From Podarcis liolepis (lineage: Eukaryota), in NCBI GenBank assembly GCA_965112155.1, contig OZ218099.1: a stretch of DNA of 64,000 nt. One strand, written 5' to 3'. Shown one piece after another: positions 13,501-25,500 of this stretch. The notes under the pieces are model-generated. The model made no database searches. It was not told the origin of the DNA and worked only from the letters and a program-made list of their open reading frames with translations. Position numbers and translations under genes: made by a program. The number at the start of each line of letters is the position of its first letter. Position 1 is the stretch's first letter.

Positions 13501-16500
13501 GCTAGTGAATCCACCCGGGGGGAGGGGGGGGGACTGACAGACAAAAACAGTATCTGAAAACTTTGCTCTTTAGTGAGTGGGCGCCTCAATACAAGCATAT
13601 AATTTTTATTTAGATCCAGTTCTTTGAAATATTTTGCTTTCTTTTTTCACTTTTTGTGGTTCTTTGGTGCCTAATGGAGTAGAAGCTGAGGTGCATATTG
13701 TATGTCTATTGTGTTCTTTATTCCATTGCTAAAAGCAATTCTATCGTATTAGGAAATCAGGCATATTAATTGGTTTTCTTCCACGTACAACTTCAGATTC
13801 TGTTCTAGTTCAAAGGTACTAAACCAGGCAAGAAGCCTTGCTGGTTTCGCCCCCGCCCCCATTTTTCCTTCTCCTTGGCTTCCCCATATTCATTCTGCCA
13901 CAAAGTCCATATCCAACAGATCTGTCCATTCTTTTTTGGTCCGTCAGATGAAAAACTGGTTCATTCTCTGGTTGCCTGCTCCATTAACTACTGCTAATTT
14001 GTTCTATTTGACCTTGCTTTGTCACATCTCACTGTATCTAAAAAGCTGTTGCCCAAATTCATTTCTTCACTTCTCTTTTTATTAAGTTATATGACACATC
14101 TACTCAAATCCCTTCAATCACTTCCTCCCCCCCCCCCCATTCTGCACCAATGCCTTGCCATTGCCATCAAACGTAACAGATTTGCCCCATCTTGTGTTTC
14201 TGCTGGCACATCTTTGCTTATGACCTTCGTTTACAACAGTCAGTTCTTGAAAAGCCTTTATTTTCCTTCATGTGTCTCTTCACTTTCTCCCTTGCCTCTA
14301 TGCCTGGAAGTTGCTCCTTCCCACTGCCACCTCTCCACCACTACCATCCCTCCCCTTCAAGCTTCTTTCTTCTGTGAAGCTTTTGGCTTAACCCTTTAGT
14401 TGTCACTTCTGGCCAAAATGATGTCTAAGTGTGGGCATTTGTTCATATTCATCCTCCGATAAGACATGACTCTCTTATTGTCAAAATTTAGATTGTCAAT
14501 TCTTTGAGATAGGAGCCTAACTCCTTTTGACTTATTAATCTACAACACGGCTACACTTTTAGAACGTGTTGCTTATGTTACTTTGCAAAGCACTGTGTGC
14601 ACTACTGATTATAGTATTAAGAACAAAGGGCTAGTTGCCCTGCTAATTTAGGCAGTGTTTCTTGAGGATCGTTCTAGTAGAACAAATGCTAGTTTCAGTC
14701 TTCTGTTCTGCTGCTTACTTGGGAAGTACTTTGACAATATCATGAAATGGATTCCCACCTAAAGATTCCAGGGTCCCCCATAGTATAAATCTTTGCAATA
14801 TATGCTCATTTAGCAACTATTAGATATTCCTCATAAAGGATGCTATGTTGCTTGAAATAGCTTTAAGGGAACTATGCAAAACTTCCCTAATGTAAATTTC
14901 TTGGCCAAATTAGGACTTAAACGGAATGTAGAGAACTTTTTTAAAAAAATAGCTTTATCACACCCAAAAAAGAAAAGTCTGTTTCAGTTATTTTTGAAAC
15001 GGGCAATCAAGCAGGGGTGCCGATTGGCCTCCTTTAAAGTTGGCAACTGCAGACTTGCAACTTTATCTGCAGGGCTGCCACTACACCCCATAGCAATTTG
15101 CTAAGAGAGGAGAATGACACTGCTGCCTGTCATGTCCTTAAAAATGCTGTTGTAGCACTTTAAAAGAATTGATCTGCAAAGCAGCGCCCAGCAAGATTCC
15201 TTCTTGCCTCCCAGTGAGAACTTTGCCAAGAGAAAGAGATGGATCCCAATTTTACAGAGAATTTCTTGCTCCCCAATATGTCACTGGGTGGGGCGGGACA
15301 CAACGCAAGCTGCTAAAACATTCAGCTCATGCCAAATGCTTCTTAGTTCTGAATGTAATTAGACATGGCATCTTCTCAAATCTGAGATGGTGCTGAAATT
15401 TGGTGAAAATATATTTTCTCTTTGATACTTTCCTGTGTTTATCTTTAAGAGTTGAATGGTATATACATGTTGCTATAGAGTTCAAAATGCAAATCAGATC
15501 CCCAAAAAATCACAATACGTTAAACATGATTTATTGAAGATACACAAAACACAATTGACTTGGCAACAACAGATGTGATGGCTCCATTTTTACTGTTGTC
15601 AACACATTTTAAAATAGAAGAATCAGTCTTCTTAAAAATCCCTCTACTAAAACACTAGCACAAATCCTTCTTAGAAGCAGTTTGCAGTAAAATTCTGAAC
15701 TTCTGGATGCCATCTTCTTATTCTCCTTCCCTCCGTAATTGGTAAGAGGGGTTGCTGCAGTATAGAAAGAGGATTTTTATTAGGGTTTAGCAAATTCATC
15801 AATACAAACACTAAATTTCAGATCTCTTCCATTTTCCTTGGCATAAGTGCATATTGTCTTTAGGATTCCTTAAGCTAAGAATATGAGTGGAGATTATATT
15901 AAACTGTTTCCTGTGACTTTTCTAGGTAAATATAGACAAATTAAAGGAAAGGGCTCAGAGATTTGGCTTGAATGTCTCCACAGCCTCCAAAAAGGTAAGG
16001 TTCCAGGGCAAGCACTACTAGAGTAATAAATATTTGAAAAATTGAAAAACTGCAGCATATATATCACCTAATCCTGTAATCCTACTTGTTTTATCTTACT
16101 TGCTTTGATGAAACTTCCTGGTCGATCAAGGATCTTAATCTCCTGTATCATCAGACTAGCTCCAAGACCAATTTATAGAATTAAAGAGTTTGTGTTAAGA
16201 GATCATGTAGCAGTGCTTATTGCTGAATTAGGAGCATATGGCTTTCTAATTTCTTTTTTTTAAGCATAGGTTTCTTACTAATTTTGGGGTAATATTCCTT
16301 GGGACCAGTCCTCTTAGAACAGAATAATTGAAATGTTCACTTGTGTCTTGGTCCCCACCCCGCCCCGTTACCCTGGCTAAGGAATGAGGCTGCCCACGGT
16401 GTTGCAGAAAGCTTTCCAATTTAGATTTCACCCAAACGTCTGGACTGTACCACTTCAGATTGCTGTAGGGTTTCTACAGACAGAAAGCTAATACAACAAG

Positions 16501-19500
16501 GAGAAGGCTAAGCTAGAACCCTTCTCCCTAGTATCTAATTTTTTGTGCGGAAAGCTAATTTAACTTATTTTAATTTTTGCATCTGGGAATATTCAGTCAT
16601 ATGATTCCCCGCTCCTGCAGTGCACCCTAAGCAGTTTTAGCACATACTGAGAACTAAGCTCTAGTTCTGTGTGGTTCTGGGTTCTATCTGCCACCGAGTT
16701 CAGGACCCAGCATTCCCAATATTGACTTGGGTTCATTATGCTTCCAATAAAAGAAGCATAATGTCTGAAAAAAGTTAGCATCAGTTCAATGTTGGCCAGA
16801 AATCCTTCAGCAGAAATTGTTAGAGCAGGTGACATTGCTAAAATCTTTCCCAAAGATTTTTCTGCGTTACAGATGAGAGACATGAGGAAAAAGGCGGGGG
16901 GGGGGTATCTAGATCTGGAAACTGATATTAGGCTGGGCTGTTACTCTCTGTGGGCCTGAAAGCTGCTGACAGTTCTCCAGTTCAGTACCACCATAGAAGA
17001 AAACAGGATTTGGGAATGGGGGGGAGGGGAGAGAGAATGCTGTATATTGATTATTTCAGACTTGGAAATACTCTTCTGGAAAAAGCCTCGTGAATGAGGA
17101 AGGCTGTCATTTTGTCTTAACCCCTACCAGATAAACTATTCCATCCCTCTTGGGATTTGCACATTTAATGCATTCCGTTCTGCAGTAAGGCACTAAACCT
17201 GGCACCAGGGGGTTAAACCATGTAGAAAATAACTGGAGGTGGAGGCCATTTTCCTCCCCACCCTCTGCTCTGGGGGAAGGGTGAAATCATGCAAGTGCAT
17301 TAAAGCTGGAATATGTGGAGGGGCAGGTCAGGGTGAGAGGCTGCTCAAACATCATTAACCCTGTCACCAGGAGTGCACATTTTTCAGGAAGAATATATGC
17401 TTTGTCAGCATTTATGGCCAAGTTTCCTTTTGAGTGGAATTGTTTAGATGACGATTCATAAGAATTGTAAGCTCTCTCTAAAGAGCTTCCCACAACTATT
17501 CCCTGTTCAGTACTTGACAAAATAAAAGTGCTAAACATTAATTTGAATGCTCTTAAAGAATACAAACGAAGCTAGCTTCATCAGAGAATTGATCCTCTTT
17601 ATACACGGGGAGAAAATACCAATAGGAGAATGGCATATCCAAGGTCAGAAATTGATTTCTAAGTTCGGTCTGGAAAATCTATGTTTCTGTGCATCTGTAT
17701 TCTTTAAACACTAACATTTTGTCTCCAGTTCTGGTTTTCCTTGCATATATGAGGCAGAGTGACAAGCAATAACATTAGGATGATTTGTCTTGAGATTTGT
17801 TGTGATCTTCTATTAGGAAGTAGAGTTCAGGGGCTTAGAAGTGTTTTCTTTCTCTCTGAACAGCACTCGTGAATTCTATTGAGGAATATTGTTGGTTGCT
17901 TCAATTAGCCACTGGTATTGTGGTATTGTGTTTCCCACCTGGGTGTTCTTTATAGCTTTTCATTACAGAGTAGCCTGGTTGCATGGGTCTTTGCAGATTT
18001 TTAACACCACGCATTGCAGCAAAAACTTTACAGTAAACCATTGTCTCTGGAGCCACATTTCATTTCCCATTCAAATTGGTTTTGAACAAGAGAGGTGGGG
18101 GAAGAGGAATATAGCCAAGGGCAATTTCAAGCCTGCTGGGATCAGGGGAGCAAACCTAGATCCGAGTAAAAGGCTCTCCATCTAATCTGTAGCTTTGAAC
18201 CCACTGCCACTGTAGAATCTATTCTGTTAAAAACATCTCTTCCTAAAAGATAACAAAGCTCCTACTAGTACAGTAGAATAGAGGTGGTGACTGTCGCTGT
18301 CTAGTATAATAGATGTGGCAGGTGCTCGCTTGTTTTTTCTGTCAGCACGGAGCCATCAAATTAATTTTTAAAATAAATCAAGAAAGCATTTTCCTCTCCA
18401 GAACTAATCACACCCCCTCCCCATGCTCTCAAGGGAAGCCTCCTTTTAAAATTTACCCTCTGACCTGAGGCTGCTATCCCTTGATTTCTGCAAGTTACAC
18501 TTAAACTGCTCCCTTCCCTTGTAAATTTCCCCTCTGTAGCAGCTGCTCCCTGTACCACTCTGAACCTCTGGCTTCCCAGTGGGAGAGCTGATAGCTGCAG
18601 GCTTCAGTGCTGCAGAAGGCTGAGCGGGTTGCTTGCATCGTAACGCAAAAGTGCATTCTCAGAGGGCTTGCTTTTTCTTTTTATGCATGAAACAAGGTTG
18701 TAGGTATCCAGCAGAGAGAGTATTACCACAAAACAGAAGCTTGGGGCTCTTTCAGAGAGCCTTTGGCTTAGCATAAATGTTCCTTTCTGCATTGCATTAT
18801 TTGGTGCCATTCCCAGTCGGAACAGATGACTAAAATAATTTGTGCTTCACATTAGCTAATGTAAGGGTCTTGTTCTGTTTTACAAGTAGCTAATTAACCT
18901 GCAGCCTGTCAGAGGTTTGAGCTAGGGAGATAAAGTACCAGCACGTCAAAGTCACACTGCAAATGGAGCAAAAATTGCAAGGATCAAACCTCAGGCACAT
19001 TAGCACCAGCTTCTCCCAACTCTCAAATGTGGGTTTTAAGTCGAAAGGAAACAAAAGACTCAGTGCTCTACTTGAAACTTTGAGGCCTCTGCTTAAACCC
19101 AAAAAGTTAATAATGCTTGGAAAACAAGTAGGAATCTCTTTAGAAATGCAGTAATACCCAAATTTGTCAAAACTGGACCTATTGTACAATCATATAATAC
19201 CACTTAATAAACCAGCTGCAAAGTGTATTGCATTTTTACACCTCTGATGTGACAGAGCTTATGGTTAACATTCAGAAATTTGAGTCTTTCTCCATTCATT
19301 TTTGTCAATAAATTACAATACGTATCCTACATGGATTAAAAAAAAAATATCCTACATGGATTGCTTTGTTCTTTTTCCTGTTTGTAATGGGGAAAGGGCA
19401 ATGTTTTTTTAAACTTGGCATGTGTATAAAATGGATGAAAGTAGTTGTAGTTTGATTGCAAATGAGTAGTAGCACATAGATTGACAAAGTAATTGTTTAA

Positions 19501-22500
19501 AAGTGAATTTTGGTCAAACTTAATGTAGCTTAATTCTTTTTAGTGAAGGCTTGTTATAGAGGCAGAAAGGAACAGTTTGTGTTTTCTAAAATGGGCTTAG
19601 CAAAGCTCATTTTTCATAATGTGGTTTTGGGAAGGCAAATAGGGTGGCAGTTTTGTGCATATATAATGAGAAAGCAGTTGGCTTAACAGTTTACACTTTC
19701 AAAAAGTTCAGAGCAGTATGCTGAGGAAGGATTCTTTTCCTGGATTGTTCTTTTCCTTGCAATATTTTCAAATACATCCCACCAGTTCCCATATGGAAAA
19801 ATATTAACCAATAGGAAACAAAAGCAGGGGAAAAGTGCTGCAAAAGATCTGATGACCATTTAAGCTAATGTAGGGTTCTATAACTATGAACTGAAATCCA
19901 TGCTACCAATTAATACCTTTTTCCTCAAAGTACTATACTTCAAGCAGAGAACACAGCAGCAGCACTCTTTCCAAAATTGTTAGTAATATTTACTATTGTA
20001 TTATGAATTGATCTTGTTCACACATAACTCTAAGCCGAACTTTGGTTTAGTGTAAACAAGCAAACGTGTGGGGTCCTGAATTGGAGATTGCAGCCACTTG
20101 GCTCCTTTTCCAGTCATTTTGCTGCTGCGCTGAGGTAAGCCATTGGACAGAGCTTGACTACAGATCATAGTTTATCCGGATAGAGCTAAACCACAAGCCT
20201 GGGTTCAGATGAGGAGCTAAGTCAAAGCCACATCTTAACATTGCAGTAGCAGAGTGTTCCGAAGAGATTAAGGCAGTTGCAGCTTCCTCTCCATGAGCCT
20301 TTTTGTTTGTGCTAAACCATGGTTTGGCTTAGTGTTATGTGGGAACCAGACCATTTTATCTCACTCATCCCTTAGAAAGCTGCAAATGGCTAACATGGGA
20401 CATGGCACCTTATCCAAACACTGCTCAAGTTCCAGACTGCTAAGCTTCAGCCATGCTACGGTTCTGAGTACTCCTATAGCATTCAAAGCAGGTCTTGATC
20501 TAGTAACACACTACTGCAGAAGATAGCAGGAAAATTAATTGCAACATTTGCTTCTTAAGCTCAAACAAGCTGAAAAGGAAATATTTATCCTGAAAAGGAG
20601 CTATGTTGCTATAGAATCATACTGATTTTGTGGTCTGGGAGCTTCCTGAACATTAGACAAGATTTTTGTTACAATATAAGAGCATCAGGATCCAGCCATT
20701 TTATTACTTCCGAAGGATGAGATATCTTGGTTCTCTTGGGAGCAAACCAGGCTCTGTCCAAGGTGGTTACATGGTTAGGACAAGCTTGGAAGGCTTTGCC
20801 AGCAACTTTGTAGTCATTCTCTGTTGCTCTTACATTTCCCCTTACGTTTACAAGCTGCACATGGTTTCCTCATACAATGTTACCCCTGTTCCCATATATC
20901 CTGAGAAATATTCCATACCTTTTTGCAGGTTTCGCCTCAAACTCTATTTCCTTTTTCACTTTTGTCTGTGCAGTTTCTGTAAAAAGGTAATATTTATTGG
21001 TATGTAATATTTATCTGGACCAGTTCCCATCTTCCTTGACCATTGACCCTACTGATTTGGGCTGATGGGAGTTGGAGTTCAACAACACCCAAAAGGTCAC
21101 AGGTTAGCCACCCTGTCTAGTGCACTTGTCTTCACAATGGAACATGGTTCTGAGTAAACATGTATAAGCTTGTGTTGTCAGGTTACACAAATGGGTTGAA
21201 CCCTGACTAAAATGGGTCACGCAAGTGGCAGCACTACCATTCTTCCCCTCCGCCTTTGTGGTTGTGGTGTTTATAACTTGGGGGGGGGGGGAGGAAAGAA
21301 GGAGAAAAACAGTGTTTTAAAAGGAAGAGGGAATGGATAAGGAAGAGAAAAAAGGGGAAAGGCAGTAAATTAAAACAAAAAAAAGGAAAAGGGGGCACTT
21401 TCATGATAGGACTAAAGGTTCAAAGATTGAAAGATTTCAGGTCTGTTACCTTCTTGATGTGCTCTCCTTTGAAGCTATCATTTGTCCGCTACACAATATT
21501 ACGATAACTAGAGCATTCAGTGCCAATTTACTGCAGGAAACCACCTCCCACTTCAGCTGCCTTTTGCCCCTGAATGTAGTTTACTGCAGGCAGCACCTTT
21601 GGGGACAAATAGCAGCCAAGGAGGGGGTGATTTCCAGCAAGAAACTGGTCCAGGTGCTCAGTCCAGATTATGAGCATGTTCAGGACTGCAACCCCACAGT
21701 TCCTTATTCTTCAATATAAAAATGGCTGTTCAGGTACCATTTTTAAAAAGTATGAATTTTGGTACATCTAGCTTGGCCCTCGGCTTGCCAATGTGTGTAG
21801 ATTTTCTTTTACAAATCCAAGGGGAGGGAGAGGCTGCATAAGGTCTCCATTCAAGAGGCTTTATATTAGAACCTAATTCGTATATGAAAGAGATTGTATC
21901 AATCTAGATTGTATCTAGAATTTTGTCTCTTTGGAGACATTACACTGGGAAGAATCATAATATGAGGCATACTGGTTCAAAGCTAATGCTGTATTCAGAA
22001 TTGCTTCTGAGCCTCCAGTTCTAACTCACTAAGTAATAAGCCCCAGTAAACACATTGGGCCTTACTTCTGAGTAAACATGTATAAGCGGATGTTGTCATT
22101 CTCACTGAAATGGCATTTTTATTAGTATTTTTAGATTGGCTTGCATGCCATAGGTGCAAAGCAGCAGATTGCACACTTTGAACCTGACTTCCAAATGTAA
22201 AGTATGAATCTGTTCTAAAGGGAAGCATCTACAGTATACGCATATCCAGTGTAGTGGGTTGCCCTTGATATGCTCCCCCCTCCCTGCCGCCTTGAAATGA
22301 TGTCACTGTGCTCCAAGTTGAGTAGTCATGAATGTAGGCCTGTTGATTTTAGAATAATGGGAAGTGACAAGGTGAAGAATAGTGCTGGCAGTCATGGACA
22401 TTTCAACACAGGGATGCTGAAAGCAAGGCCACTCCTCCCCCACGCTCTGGGTTGTTTATAAGAAGAGTCCAGTGGCTTGTGCCAGGCTACACTGATCACA

Positions 22501-25500
22501 TAGGTTGTATAGTTTGCAGGTCCTAATATAGGATGGGTGTCTTCTGTCTCTCAATATATAGTCTAACCATTTCACTCAATCATCTATTAGGCATGGCTGA
22601 AAAGGTAGGCAGGTCTTTACTCTCGTAAAATATATTATTTCACAATTGCAGCCTCAGTTTTTGAAGGCATTGTATTTCCTAGAAATATGTTAACCAGAGT
22701 GATACTGTCTCTCAGGTTTCCCAAATACAGCCTTTCCTAAACTCAAGCTTAGCTTCAATAAAACTGATTACATATTCAGAGTTAAAGCCCTTTAAGGCTC
22801 TAAGCAAATTAAACCAGTTAGAAATAGTCAAGCTGGATAAATGTCCAATAAATGTTTTGCAACTTCTGTCAGAAGCTGACCCTTCACCCTGAACCCCATT
22901 CCTATTTTTCTGTTATTCCTTGTCTCTAGTCCACATTCTCTGTGTCTCTTTTTTAAATGAAATGCTGGATCTGGCCCTGTGATCCACCTACATTTGGTAC
23001 ATTTGGTTGAAGCTAGTTCTGGAACAGGTAGTATTGATGTCTGTGCATTGCACTCATACCTACCGCTCTCTAATAAAATTTCTGCACTCTAGTATGTTGA
23101 AGTGGATAATTTATTGCCTCAGTTACTCTTACCTCTTCCTTTCCTTCCTTTCCTCTTTCTGTCTTCCCTCTACCCTAGATGAAATTTTGATTGTAATCTT
23201 TATGGCACCGGGACTTTGTTGTTTTAAATATCCATAACTTCAGTATTGAGTGGTTCTTATGACTGAAGTAGGGAAATGAAGTATTGTTGTCACTTTTTTC
23301 TACACAAAAGTGACTCAGAACGACTTATAGAAACATTAAAAATAATAGCAAAAACAACCTAAAATTCTCCCCAATTATATATATAAATTCCATGGTTGGA
23401 ACACATTCAAAATGTCCCTATAGGAATCAGTGGAAATCATCAATGCATTATGCAAATGCTTGCCTAACAAACGATTTCCTGCAAATGCATTATGTTTGGA
23501 TAGCAAGACCTGTGTGTATAGTAATTTAATGAATTAGTCAAGCATTCCAAACCCAAATCACACCATCACTAATGTCACCAATTTTAATCAACTTTCTGAT
23601 AATAAGCATGATTTTGTGTCCTGTGATGTGTTGCGCAGTCTTCACTTGAGTGAATGAAGTTATGGAGAACAACACTAGTGATTCTGCTCTGCAAAGGGGC
23701 ACTTGTCTTGGCTTTCCTGGCAGGTGCTTTTCTGGGCAATCTTCAGCTTGAAGGTAGGGCCATGTCTTCTAACAATGTAGTTGGAAGTCATATCTGGCTA
23801 TATAATTCTGTGGCTGATCCCAAACCAACCAGTGTTCTCCAGTACATGACTCTGAGGAAAGCTTTGAATGTGGTTGTAGCAGATACCAAGAAGAAATCCA
23901 AGCCTATATACATGGGAGAGAAAACAATGAACAAACAGCCTCAGCTATTTTGTGCCTACAAAAAACCTTTCTGTTCCAATCAACCTCTCAGTCATTCCCA
24001 TCCAGTTAGCAGCAGCAATCTAAGTATGACCAATACTGATTTTTCAGCACAACCCTATGCTCAGTTAACCTGTATGAGACTCATCCCATGAAATTTGGAA
24101 GGGGTCCATGACAGACTGTTGGGATCTGGAGAGTGGGAAAAGGGTATTTTGTGGAATTTTTGCAAGATCCCCGGGGAGAGCAGTTAAGTACCACCATCAG
24201 CTGTTGGTAAACCAGGTCCTCCTCTAAATACCAATATATGTTTTCAGCCTTTTTTTACTATCTCAAAAAACACACACACCAGGGACCACGCTCCTCATCT
24301 TGGAGCCAAAGATGGTCAATCATCACCTTCCAAAGTAAATTTTTTTGCATAGAGATCTTGCACTTCATCCTAGCATGCCTCAGACTCAATTATTATCTGA
24401 TATCCATTCATCTGAAGAGGCTTATTAAATGTCCCAGTCAAACCAGAGCATCATAGTTTCCTTTGCTTCACCTACAGCAGGGATAGGGAACCGGCCCCTC
24501 CCTGTTTGTTCAACTACAACCCCAGCAAGCATGGGCAATGGTTTGAGATGGTGGGAGTTGAAGTCCAACAATATCTGGGGTGCCACAGTCATCCCTGAGC
24601 TACAGTGAAGAACAATTGCATTTTCCAAACTCTTCATTTTCATCTCCTCTCCACTCCCAGAGTCTTTATAAAGATCCTATTGGCACAGAACCAAAGGAAT
24701 GAATATCTAGCCATATCTGGACAATCTTCTAGTCTGATCATCCTCTAAATCCTAGTGCTGTCAAGACATGGCCAGGATGATGTATACTTTGCAAGAACAC
24801 AGTTTCATCATCAACAAAATGAAGAACACTTTGATTCTATCTTGCAGATAGCCAAGTCACCGTAAGCTTTTTAACAACAAAGTTATGGTTGAGACCTCAG
24901 TCTCATCTACAGCCTCCAGATTTTTGGGATTGATTATCTGCATGTATTTCAGACATTTCTTCTAGGATACCCACTGCAAATAACCAAGAACCTCAACCCG
25001 GAGACCACTCAGATAGTGGGTATCATTGACTCATCTGAGCCAGGAGATTCCTATTCAGGAGTCCATCCAGCTGCTCTTGACAACATATCCCAGCCTGAAA
25101 ATTTGAGGTGCACACTGCAAAGGTGTACAGCACCAAGACCTGTGGTCTCCAGAAACAATTTAATTGAACGTCAGTTCCCTAGAACTTTGGGCAATCATAC
25201 TGGCACTGCGGCATTTCTTCCATCTTCTACCAGGACATTAGGTATTCCTCAAGACAGACAATGTAGTAGCAAATGCCTATCAGTACATTTTCAAAACTCC
25301 TCCTTAAGGAAACCACCTCCCTGTTATTCTATACAGAGAAATGTCTTCAGTTCATCAAGACAGAACATCTTTGGCTTGGTTGCCAAAGCTAGGCCAATTA
25401 GTGTTTCACAAATGATTGCTCAGAAAAGCCATCATGAAACTGTTCGCTGGTTCCTCAAAATCAGCTGCCTGGATTCACATCAAGTTTCTTGATGTGGGAG

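Noticed and set aside
17181-17216. CTCF-like TGCAGT...GGCACCAGGGGGTT
   Set aside because: The 3' end of the core mismatches and the upstream-module spacing is wrong.
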